A stretch of DNA of 64,000 nt, from the NCBI GenBank assembly GCA_020536535.1, contig JAHLWZ010000820.1:49106-113105 (forward strand). Direction: 5' to 3'. Below, piece by piece: positions 11,990 to 23,400 of this stretch. A program made the translations under genes and the position numbers. Numbering within the stretch: position 1 is the stretch's first letter; the number at the start of each line of letters is the position of its first letter. The notes beneath the pieces are model-generated. The model ran no database searches. It saw only the letters and a program-made list of their open reading frames with translations, and was not told the origin of the DNA. Source of the DNA: Pelomyxa schiedti (lineage: Eukaryota; Protista; Evosea).

Positions 11990-12980
11990 TTCACAACCTG
12001 CGAACCATCAGTTCAGATGAGAGAGAAGCAGTGATGGGGTGGTTGTGCGGAAAACAGCAGTGCCAGAGACTTGCGAAGTGCAGCTGCCACAACATATGCC
12101 AACTTTTGATTCCAAAAGATGTCCCGGCTTTTTACACTTGTCTCATGCTGATTGGTGTTATGGGCGTCTCGGCTGCAGTGTTGGTTTTATGCCTCCCGTA
12201 ATACTATGCACTAAAGGAATGTGGGGGTTGTAAAACAAACAGGAGGTGCCGTACTGGGGCTTTGTGACAGAAAAATCAAGCACCTGTGGTGGCGGAGCCA
12301 GGCACCCAATTCCTCTTTTTATCTGGCGACTTCTTACTTATGGGTCAGATTCGGGCTTGTGGAGGTCGTCACGTGCTGGTGTGATTACTGCTTTGTTCAG
12401 CAGATTCCTAGACTTTGCAGTGAAAAGTTATGGGAAGGATGCTTCCAGCTAAATGCTGCTTGTGTGATTTTGCCCCCTTTTTTTTTCCCATCGTCTTTGA
12501 AAACAAAATCCCTTCACACTCACCTATTCATAGGCTTATCTGTTTTGTGCTGTGTGTATCTTGCTCAAGTTCCTTATTCTCTTGCTACTCTTTACGCTTT
12601 TAGTAAAGCCTATAAGATACACCGTACATTTTTTACTTCTTAGGAAAAAAAAATTAACTCAATACAAGAGATCCACGAGATTTTAAGTGAGGTACCACCT
12701 GTGGCCTTTCCCATAGCAGGTGTGACCGTGGGAATAATGCCTCTATTGCTCACTTATTGGAATTCTAGGCTTCCTTATCTCCACTTTTGGGCTTATTCTA
12801 TATGCCGCACTATTCCTAAGTAGTGGTATTGTTACTCAGATGCTCCGAATTTGGGGTGAAAGTGCCTACATGTATTACTCTTGGTTTGCTTTATTAGCAG
12901 TAAACTTGCTTCTTGTTTTGCCTGCGTGCAAAGCAACAAGTGTAATAAGCAGAATACAACACCCACACAAAGGAGTGTAA
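11990..12980 (+). CDS. Hypothetical multi-exon membrane protein (start not determined)
   Basis: Open exon-like segments with hydrophobic helices (FYTCLMLIGVMGVSAAVL; VAFPIAGVTVGIMPLLL; YSWFALLAVNLLLVLP) ending in TAA at 12980. No family recognised. Confidence 0.35.
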
Positions 12981-13206
12981 AGGGGAAAAATGTAAATGAA
13001 GAAATTATTTGGGACTCCCGCTTTTGCCCATCAACGGAGCAGAAAAGGTTCTATGTAATTACCCTGAGGGAAAACACTGAAATGTCTGGACCACCTCTGG
13101 TCCATACACGTTCTACCGTTTCGTGGTCTTCCAAAGCATCACATGGCAAGATCCGAAGACCCAAAGAAACAACAAGTGCGGGTCCCACATTAAATTCTTT
13201 CTTTTG

Positions 13207-14120
13207 TTATGACCTGTGCCAAGGAGGCACAGCTCCTGGTATTGGTGCCTCTTCATGCCTTGGAAGGGTAATACAAGGTGTCTGTGGGCATCCAGTATAG
13301 AAGCAGCACAAATAGCGTGGATTGTTGTCTTCACTTACTACTGTCCTGGGTCCAGGATGGTACCTACAGGCATCACCTCTGCATAGATATGCACGGAGAT
13401 GTATATAAAAAAAAAATTAACAACAAGTGGGGAACAACTGAGTGAGGAGAGGCAGCGAGTATGTGGGTTTACCTTATGACACAGTTCCTATCCTTTGTAA
13501 ACCCATTCCGGCAGTAATAGCACACTCGCGGCAGAGTGCTGTCAGCGTCCTGCAGCTGTTGCAAGCACCTGGAGTTGGTCTGCACCCAAACCTCGCCGTC
13601 TCCACCATTGACAACACGGACTTGTTCTCTAGCCAATGCCGGCCACCTGCGCAAAAGACATGCTTCCACAGGCTGGCAGTTCCACTTGTGTGCCAGCAAC
13701 AAAACACCAAGAGCATCAACATTAGGGTCCACCAACGCCACCCCCTGCGCACTATTGAGCACACTCCTCACATACCTGCACCCCTATGATTAAAAACAAA
13801 CAAACAATCAAACATTCAACCAACACCAAGCACCCCCCAAAAAACAACAACAATAATAAAGGGTACACACACTGGGGATCCTCGTCGAGGAGCAGGGCCG
13901 GGGGCGCGCCGTCATCCCTCGCCGTGTGCATGCCCCCGCTTATGATCCTCCAGGGGACGCTGTCTGTGCCCAGAAGGGCCAGTGTGGACTGGCTCGTCCA
14001 CAGCCGCGTGCCCCGGGCATTGAACCACACCGCGCCGTCGCACGTGCTTGCTGTCGACGAGGCACTGCTGCCCCCTGTAGTTGTTCCCGTACCTGGCTCC
14101 TGGAAACCCGAATCCATCAT
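13207..14120 (-). CDS. KCTD-type BTB/POZ protein with C-terminal Cys/His zinc-binding motif (end approximate)
   Basis: VWFNARGTRLWTSQSTL...LLLDEDP.YVRSVLN resembles a T1-type BTB. The C-terminus reads CYYC...CRYHPG...YLCC...C...C...H. Confidence 0.7.
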
Positions 14121-14354
14121 GATGAGATTAGATTGTTCTTCTGGAGAACATTCAAGATGTGGTGTTGTAGTGTTTTATGCTGGAAGCTGAGGTACAAGGT
14201 ACAAGGTTTCTCCCAAGTACTGTTGAGTTACTGCTTGCACAGACAGACTGGGGCATCTGTGTCAACGAACTTTGGAGTGCCGAAAGCGTTGTTTTGATCG
14301 TCGCCAGTGGCGTGCCGCGTTGCGGTGGAAGAAAGAGAGGCAAAAGAACCAAAA

Positions 14355-16524
14355 ATGAGCAATCTGAGCTTCAGACCACGGCCGCTTGACATCGCCAAGC
14401 CACTCACTGTTATAACTACGACTGATGTGTGGGACGACACTACGGCGATGCGGTCGGTTCCGGACATGCCAACGGGGATGGAGCGTGAGGAGGAGATGGT
14501 GCCATCCCCATTGCCCCTTAGTTTTTCTTTTTTAGGGGTGTGTGCGCGTGTGGTGGCTGATGTTCGGTAAAAATAGGAAGCACACATCAAAAATATAGTG
14601 AGGCAAAAGGTCAACAACCTTGCACCAATTATACCAACGCCGATGTATTCAGAGGTGCCTTCATATGCCATTGAAGAGTTCGCTGTACCTTATGAAAGGC
14701 CTTCTTCTACATATATAGTTTATCAAGGTTTTAAAAACCTCAAAAACACGAAACTGCAGATGTAATTATTTACGTTGGCAATTACAGAAAAGAGTGAAGA
14801 AGAACTGGCCTTGATTGTGGAGTATGATGCTGATTCTGAAGACAGACGTTTTATCTCCAAATTCAATTTCCTGAGACCAGGGTTTGGGCTTGATGAAACC
14901 ATATTGGAGGTGATGATCGACACTTTTGAAAAAGAGAACTTCAGGGCTCCAACAGTACTTCCCACTTGCATGGAGGGGCACTCAAGTCTTCTAGGAACCC
15001 TTCACAGTCGAGCAAGCTCAAGCAGCTTGTTCCAAGCCTTTTCACCCCGAGGTAGTTGCACAAGTGTATAAACATTGGAAAGAAAAGCGCGAGAGACATG
15101 CAAATGGTGACTTCCTAACACTGAGATTTAAGGTAGGTTTTTAATATTGGACCACTTATAATTTCAAAAGAAACCACCTGCCTCCAATGATCCTTCTCCT
15201 CTTGTTGCCTTCCGACCGAGAGATGAAGAAGCAGGGCGACTCAAAAAGGCATCACATTACCTAAAATAAAGCAAAGGAGCATCCACACAACATTTTGACT
15301 TTCCACGTGAGAGCATGACAATTATACAGTTCCCAAGAAAAGCAATACCTGATCTTGCAGCCCTAAAAAAGCTGCGGCAACTTAGGAAAGATCTGGACCG
15401 ACTCCGGACTTTGTGTGACATGGTTCATAACCGTGAAAGACTCAAGCAAAAGTCTATGGAAATGAGTGCAGCACTATTTGAGAAAATGGTTGCCAGTGGA
15501 GACTTTTCTCCGATGAACTTTCAGCCATTTGTTACACCAATTGCACAGTCTATGGAAACAGCCCCTGCAGTGCACGAGGCACAGGCGCTGCCTACACACA
15601 TCAGCCAGTCTTTACCACGAGCACCTGTCGCATCGCACACAAATTCTGCTACTTCCCGTTCATCTGGCATCCCCGGAACCAATAACGTCAGTACCGATTT
15701 TCACACTTCCCGTACAAAAGTTCATGGAGCCGAACAAAAAAAGCCTTCTGCGTCCTATTTCAGTGATGAAGAAGAGGATGATGATGAGAGTTCCTCAGAC
15801 TCCTTGTACTGCCCTGGTTCATCCAGTGAAGGGGAATCCTTTACCACACAACATCCCCGATCGTTCGCTAATGTAAATTCCATACCTCACAACACACCGA
15901 CTTCATTATCAACCTCAGCATCACTCCTTGCAGAACCGTCTCCCATTCACATAACCGTTCATGCGCCTCACACTTCCCCTCAACAAAGCAACTCCAACAC
16001 AAACACTACGTACCTACCACACATTGCCGCCCCACCTCCCACTCCTTCAGTATGTGACTTCACTCAACTCCTTGGCTTCATGCAACCGATTTTTCCTGAA
16101 CTATTTCCAGATTCACCTTCAGTATCAGTATGTTTTCTTCCCTTTCCCCAGGTCAATTTTACTAAGTGGTGGATAGGACGCAACCCCACCTCGCAAGGCT
16201 AGCCATATTCACAAACACACCACCACAAAAGATATGACTGTTGACGAAGACGGAATTCTCAAAGCCAGCAACACCAACAACTCCGCAAGTGACGGCGGTG
16301 GTTGCCCAACACTACAAACCATCATACATGGTAGAGCACGAGTAGACCAATGTGGCAGACTGGTCTTTTCCCGCTGCTCTGTACTTAAAGAGCCTGACAA
16401 CTCATCATGCACACACCCAACCTGCTGCAGGCTATGCTTTCACTCTGTTTTTGCACCCAGCGTTCACTGCAGTGGGTGTATTGAGAGCACTCGGCAGCAG
16501 AGCACCCCACGTTGTGTACCATAA
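14355..16524 (+). CDS. EPC: Enhancer of polycomb-like protein (NuA4 subunit)
   Basis: MSNLSFRPRPLDIAKPL...MPTGMEREEE, IPTP, EYDADSED, LEVMIDTFEK, YKHWKEKR, DPSPLVAFRPR, LRQLRKDL...REKL-like RERLK, and GRARVDQCGRLVF. Confidence 0.87.
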
Positions 16525-16613
16525 CTGGCAACTTGCAGTTATTTATTAGTTGTTGGGTGGAAGGAATGTAAAATAAGTGCTGGCTTGAAGAAGAGAAAAG
16601 GGTTTGTTTTTGG

Positions 16614-17929
16614 TCAAGTCTTTTTCTCAAGATGGTACTGTGTGATGTGTATGTAACCAACCCCATCTGGGCCTACGTGCTTTTGAAACCCATCTCTGGG
16701 GATTTGGTTAGGAGGAATTGTGAAAAGATAGCACACATTACGATTTTTTTCTTGTACAGAGGACAGTCAAGAACCAGTGACTCATATTCACCTGCACAAA
16801 GTGTTAGTACCGGCAGTAGAAAAAGAAACTAATGTTCATACCTCCTTCACCACAGACATGAATCCCATACTTGGTGTTCTGCAGAAATTCAGTGGTAGGA
16901 AAACGAACTGACCACACACCAAATCCAATAAACGTGGAAAAGCGTCACGAAGGTGCATCCCAAGCATGGGTGGAGTAAGTCCTTAGCAGGGCTGTTAGAA
17001 TTCTTCGATAAGTAAGACTTGCAGCACTTCCCATTTCATTTAGGAAAAAAGTTACATACCCAATGCTGCTACTTTGATTATAATTGGATCAACACCAGAG
17101 TCCAGGATTTCCGTTAACAGAGGAACTTGCTCACGGGACCACAAATAAGAAAGTGGAGTAAGACCAAGCCTCTCGCATCTGTAAGATTTAGCACCCATTG
17201 AATAAAGATGAAAGGAGGAATTTTACACGTTTGTTACTCGATTTTTTTGGTAGGTTGACAAGATGGCCCCTGAGCAAACAGCTTGTATTTCAGGGAATTG
17301 TGCCTGGCCAATTTATTAGAAAATGGGAACATTGTGCAAGAATTATATAAGTACTTTGGCCCTGGCCAATGCATTGTACATGCACTCCACCTCATCCCCA
17401 CAAGTGGGTGTATACTCCAGTTGAGTATTATTTGAGCCACCAAGAATGTCGTGCATGAGAAGAGGGATCTCAAGGCACTCAGCAACAGCAGCGATAGCCT
17501 GTATAACAAGGAAATAAATTATAAAGAGAAGGAATCTGATAAGTGAACAACCTCATGTCCCACAGTCTGATACATGAAACTGTCCAATTCGTCTAATCCA
17601 GGAACATTATTTACAGCTTAAAAAAAAAACTCGAACATCAAACACTAACCAGACAGATATATACTCTATAAACTCCAAAACCTACCAATAACTTCGTCGT
17701 CGGCAGGGTTCACAGGGGTTATGACAGCCGGCGTTGTTTGTGGATGTTCTGATTGCACAGCTGACGCGGACGGTGGTTGTGACTGTGACTGGGACTGTGA
17801 GGACAGCAGCGCAGAACGAGTGGGAGGCTGCAGGTTGACAAGGACCGAGATAGTGTGTCCGTGCGCGACGCACTGCATCATGGAATAGATGCTGTCTTTG
17901 CCTCCACTCACAAGTGCCGCTACTTTCAT
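16614..17929 (-). CDS. DPH6: Diphthine--ammonia ligase
   Basis: MKVAALVSGGKDS, DELDSFMYQTVGH, GDEVE, GAILSTYQKNRV..VCERLGL..LSYLW, IIKVAALG, HVCGEGGEYESLVLDCPLY. Confidence 0.94.
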
Positions 17930-18798
17930 GGTACTGTTTCGCCTCTTTTTTTTCACGCCTCGTTCGTGTTCCTTTGTTGATCCTGGTTTTTTGTCCCCTA
18001 ATTGTTTCTCGGGGAGCGCCAATCATGGGGAGGGGTTCTCTTGCAGTTAGCATTTGTTTGCAGACACACACCCCCGTCCGGAGTTGATTCTGTCGTGGGA
18101 ATTTCACCCTGCATAGAACCCGTGGAATTAATTAACTGAGGAGGTACACCCAGTGGTTCCTTGGTCAGTCTTTCCCCGAAATAACTTTTTTTCCCGTTTT
18201 GAGTTGTGTGGAACCAATGAAGGAGACAGTGAGTGGTGGTTAGGAAGACATTCTCTGGTGCAAGAGGTTATCTTTAGTGCCCACAGGTTTGTGACTGTGG
18301 TAATGTGCTGCTGCTGCAGGTGGTGGCCTTGATATTTTCAGTTGAGGAAAGTGCAGTTACACACTTGCTGCACTAAGGACTGAGCATGTCCAAAAGTGTG
18401 CCATCTGCATGCATTCATCTAGGAACATATACTCTGGTTAATTTACAAGTGACTACGAGTTGTTCATATTTGCAGTAACATATGCCCAGGACAGGCAACT
18501 AAACTCACATAGGCCTGCAAAATACCAACATAAGCAGGCCACCGTGCAATTATATCCCCTTCTAGAGTGGTTTTCGGCACCACTATTGATGTCAATTCAG
18601 GGTTCTCCCTCAACAACAAACTCTGCTAATGAATTCGCGCCGGATTACAAAGTGTTTGTGGAGAACGGGCCCATATTGTTGAGCACAGATGTAAAACTGT
18701 ATTACCGAACTGTCGGTCATCACCACCAACAAGTTCGTGCGCAAAAAAAACGCCGAATAACGGATTCGTAGATTTCCCAGAACGACGTACCCACATCC

Positions 18799-20388
18799 AT
18801 GGGTAACACCAGCGAGCCAGCAGTTTCCCACGAGGATTGCCGTGTCAAAGTGCGTATGCCTCTGCGGCACGTGCGATCCTACCAGGCCCTGTCCCTGTCT
18901 TGTGGCCGGCACCCTCGGCTGGGCCCCCGCAGCCCCGCCAGGCTCCTCGACCCGTCGTGCTTGCACCTGGTCTGCCGCTTCTTCTTCCGGCTGCCTCCCC
19001 ACGCCTTCCCCCCGCCCGGCTCCTGGGCCTCCTTCGGCCCGCTGGCCGTGGTGCACCGCCCCGGCTGGAGCTCCTCCACCGGCGGCGGCCTCGGCCTGGT
19101 CGACGTATCGGCCCCGGGGGCCGGCCGCTTGGACGTGCCGTGGGTGCTGAGCGTGCCCCCTGAGTCCCAGGCAAGGGCCTACTACACTTCCCAGGGAGAG
19201 GGGCTGGCGCAGGCCCTGTGGGCCGCTGCCGGCGGCCGCGGCGGGAGTGCCAAGCCGGAGGAGGCGAGGGACGTCTGCAGTTGCGCGACGGTGTGTGGCG
19301 TGGGGTGTTCATATAAAGAGGGCGGGATGAAGGTGGCCCTTGGGGAAGTGCGTAGGATCCCAAGAGACACGGAGGTGGTGGTGAGCCTGAGGCTGTGGAC
19401 TGGAAGGAGTTCGCGCCTTGGCTCTGGCTCGTGTGCCGCTGAACTGGCTGTGGTCACCGAGGTGGTGAGGCTGAGGAAATCGCGAGTAACAACTCTGGAA
19501 TATACTAGGCAGTTCGACGCTGTTAAGTGGTATGAGCATGCCAGTGCTTTGGTCTCGGTGACCCCCTGTGTTGATAAAATACATGTAGCAGTTGTAGATA
19601 CTTGTGAGTGCTTAAGCAGAGTTGAACACATCACTCTGGACCAAGATTGCTCATACAAGTGGCTTGTTAGCATGGGTCTTGGCACTGTGGGAACGAAACT
19701 TTGTGCTGTGTTTGTTATTATGTACACGGAATGGAATCACATTGACACAGAAGAGAAGCGTCAGGAAATGCCGTCTGGCTTGGACATACGCCACCACTGC
19801 GCTGTAGTATTTGATGTCAGAGCCATGGCTGTAATCGGTTCTATTGACAAAGAAGGGAACATAGCCACAGCAGAGTCTCTGCTACCAAAGAACCTTCCAA
19901 CAGGAGAATCATACGCCTACGCCGTCAGTGATTCTCTGGAATTGTTCATCTGCAGTTCCCGGGAACTCTTTATATGTGATATTCTGTCCACCCCAGTCTG
20001 CAGTCCACAGAGGAAACTTACCTTTGAGCGCGGAAGCTGGACTGGGTTACTATGCTTTCCCCAATCACAGCGGCCCACTCTTGTGTGCTACTCAACAAGG
20101 GATGTTTTCTTCCTTCAGGAAAACCCATCGGGATGGACAATTGAACCTGAGCCCTATGGTTTCACGTGTATGGCCGGAATGGTGCGAGCCGTTCAGCCGG
20201 TGTTTTCTTCTCGTCCTGTTGCCACCACCTCCACAGAACAAAGAGCGGGAACCAGTGTGCTGATTGCAGCAGGACAGAAGACTTACTTGTGGGATTGTTC
20301 CCCTGTTAGTGGTGGCATTGTAAACCATGGAACGTGGGAAATGTTGAGTTGCTATGGAAGAGAGAACCTCATTGTCCTCGATTTGTGA
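18799..20388 (+). CDS. Intronless 529-aa hypothetical protein: N-terminal HPRLG motif, beta-rich (propeller-like) C-terminal part
   Basis: Long uninterrupted ORF with a very GC-rich 5' third. N-terminal ALSLSCGRHPRLGPRSPARLL. C-terminal strand-like segments (LFICDI, TYLWDC). Confidence 0.75.
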   Translation: MGNTSEPAVSHEDCRVKVRMPLRHVRSYQALSLSCGRHPRLGPRSPARLLDPSCLHLVCRFFFRLPPHAFPPPGSWASFGPLAVVHRPGWSSSTGGGLGLVDVSAPGAGRLDVPWVLSVPPESQARAYYTSQGEGLAQALWAAAGGRGGSAKPEEARDVCSCATVCGVGCSYKEGGMKVALGEVRRIPRDTEVVVSLRLWTGRSSRLGSGSCAAELAVVTEVVRLRKSRVTTLEYTRQFDAVKWYEHASALVSVTPCVDKIHVAVVDTCECLSRVEHITLDQDCSYKWLVSMGLGTVGTKLCAVFVIMYTEWNHIDTEEKRQEMPSGLDIRHHCAVVFDVRAMAVIGSIDKEGNIATAESLLPKNLPTGESYAYAVSDSLELFICSSRELFICDILSTPVCSPQRKLTFERGSWTGLLCFPQSQRPTLVCYSTRDVFFLQENPSGWTIEPEPYGFTCMAGMVRAVQPVFSSRPVATTSTEQRAGTSVLIAAGQKTYLWDCSPVSGGIVNHGTWEMLSCYGRENLIVLDL

Positions 20389-20495
20389 GTTGCCAAACCC
20401 AGAAGGAAAAGAAAACAACATCAAAAAAAGGTGCCCGCCGTGTTGCTGCGGGTAATAATAGCTTTACTTTTCTTTTCATACAGATTTAGGTGCTA

Positions 20496-23400
20496 TCAGC
20501 ACACAAAGTGCCAGTTGGCTGGAGCAAGCACTTTGTTCAGTTTTTCTTTTTGCTGGAGGAAAACGAGTCTGAATCCTGAGTCCTTGGTGGCCAGTCTGGC
20601 TATCAGTCCACCTAAGAATTTGATTGTGTCTTTGCACAACACCGGGTCTTGCTTGTTCAACTCAACCTTGATGGCCTTCATCACTGCTTTGCAGCGCCAG
20701 TCTTTCAGGGGGTCACTCAAGGAAAGGAAGACCTTCATGGCCTTGTAATAAGGCTTGAATAGAATCAGGTCCATTCCCATTCGGGCCATTCCCTCTGCAA
20801 AGACTTCACAGAGTTTCTGACTGCGGTCTTTGTTGCCCAGGCAAAGTGTGTTGATTAGAGAGGATACAGAAGATGGTGAAGCATTGTCCCGTATTAATTT
20901 TCCCCAGAAATTCTGTTACAGTAAATATACAGAAGTAAAGGGGTTGTAAAATACTTTGTCCAAAAGTGCAAGTAGGTCCTTCATGGGAAGGCATGCAGCA
21001 GGAGTTGCTTCAACTCCTGCAGTTTCCTCTGTAGTGCCTTTAACTGGTGTGACAGTAGGTGTGACCGTGGGTGTTCCAGAATCCGAGGATTCCCCCTCAG
21101 CAGGTAAATCGGGAAGTGCTACTGATGACAAAAGCATGGGGAGTGTTTCAATTAGATGGACTAAATACCGACTGCTAGCAAATGGGCTGGAGTAAGGCTA
21201 GGGAACCATGAGAAAACGTTTAGTTTGACATACATACCAAATAGGGTGGGGCAGGTGGAATGGCTCCTGGGGCCTTGGGTGGTGGAGGTGCTGGGGGAGC
21301 CCCCAAGGTTGTTTCTGTGGTTGAACTTGTGGTTGTGGGTTGAGGAGTTTCAGTGCTTGTGGTTGCACTTGGGGCTGTTGGTGCGGGCGGTGGGGGCAGG
21401 AGTGAAGTGTATTCTTTACCAAGGAAGTAGCTGATTGCGGCACTGACAAATGAACGTTGGAATATCAAGTAATGTTTCTTTTTAGTTTTGGGTTTTGTTG
21501 TAGTTTTTGTTAAAAAGTACCTGCTCAGTGCCTAGTTTGGCGAATTGTAAAACTATCGCAAACATTTCCTGAGCAAAACGGGATTTTGATCTGGCACTTT
21601 TGAACTGCCATGCCATTAAGAGGAATATAGGAAGTACGTACATACCAAGGAAAAAATGGTGTTGAGGAAGTTGATGACAATACTGTTGGCTTCTTCTTTA
21701 GGTATGCCACCAGGGGAAGTAACCTTTGGGTTGTTAAAATGATATAGCTGCCTGGTTGAGAGAAATCGTGCCAGTTGAGTAATCGAATGCATCACAAGTT
21801 CCACGGAAGACTGTCTCGCACGTTCAAGAGGACAATAAATAAAGAGCTTTTTCAAAAAGTCTCTATTTTCGACAAGGAAGGGAAGGAACCACATATTGGC
21901 CTGTAGAAGTGTCATTTTTTTCCTCAATAAGAGCTACTCAAAACCTGCTCACAAGACAGCAGTGATTTGATACGATGGATCCAGGCTAAAAATAGAGGTT
22001 TATCTTTAGCTCTGGCATACACCAGGAAACAAAATTTAAGGGAAAATTTGAGAGTTTCAATGTACGCCTCTGAATTATTGGTGAATATACGAATTTCCAT
22101 AGAGTATCTTACTGTGCTCGGGATGGTTTGTGTAGATTTTCATTAAATCCCAAATGAAGTTGAGGTAATCGGGGTGAAATATCTGCTTCTTTAGAATGAG
22201 AGCACAATTATCAACCCAAATTCTCTTTGCCAAGAATTTTGGAATGCCAGCTTTGCTCATGTCATACAAGTTCATATCTACCGTTTCAGTGGTTGATGAT
22301 GTAGTCGTTGATGTAGTGGCTGCTGTAAGGGTTGGCGGAGGTGAAGCTGTAGTTCCGGTTTCTACTTGGTTGTCGCTGGTTTCAGGTTGAGCAGATGACG
22401 ACTCAGGGGGGGGTTTTGGAGCTGGGGATGGTGGAGGTGGAGGCAGTATTGGTTCGACTGTATGCTCGCGATTTGTGGATGGATGCACTCGTTGATAGAA
22501 GAGAATATAGGCGTTGTTTATTTTAGCTCGGGTTTGCTGCACGTATCGTTGCTCCGATGCATCCCATACATTAACATCTTCGTAGCCGCCAAAACACTCA
22601 TTTGGTATTTGTTTGGGGTCGAAGGGCATGACAAGTGTATCATTGAACTCAAACCATCGGGTATAAGGGGGTGTAGTTTCTCTGTGAAGAGAATAATAAT
22701 GACCACTATCAGCAGTTCCCTATAGATCGGGTTTGAACAGGAACAAATACAAATATCCTTACCTGGTGAACAACTATACCCACTAATTCATACTGGTAGT
22801 ACCAGGAAGGATGCTGTGGTGGTGCTGTGGAACCACTTTCACGTCTCTCCACACCATCTCGTGTATACGGTTCCATGTTGAGTTGCATGGGAAACTCACA
22901 AGAGTCGTTGATTTTAATGTTTCTCATTAACTCCATCTTGAAGGAAATGAGTTATCCCACTAACTTACAGTTTTGAACCTTAAATTCAAAGCGTTTTAGG
23001 TGCAACAAAAGCATATGCGGAAGGGTTTCTACACAAGCTCGTTTGAGTGTGTCAACCCTCTTATTGCATGTTTCGCACTTCCAGGCGTTGTCTCCTGCCA
23101 ATAACTCTCCCTCGATAAACAGGTTCAGTGCCTCCTACGTTTTGTTGCTTTGTGAGTACAGGTTTTTTTTTTTCTGTGTGAGTACCTGTATGTTTTTTTT
23201 ATTCTTTATCTCAACACTGAGGGAATAGAAATTTTCCTCGCGTCGAGAGGCATGTGAACATTCTTTCGGAATCAGCTGTTGTGACAGCGTTCCAGAGAAT
23301 ACTTGTTTCAGCAAGTCTTTCTTTAAGGGAGTTAGTCGGGGGAATGAATGGACTTATCACCTGTGATGGGATTTTCTTCAATGTGGTTTCCATCTTATCA

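Noticed and set aside
18030-18780. Small Cys-rich spliced gene between DPH6 and the 529-aa ORF
   Set aside because: Splice-like sites are present but there is no coherent frame or recognisable motif.
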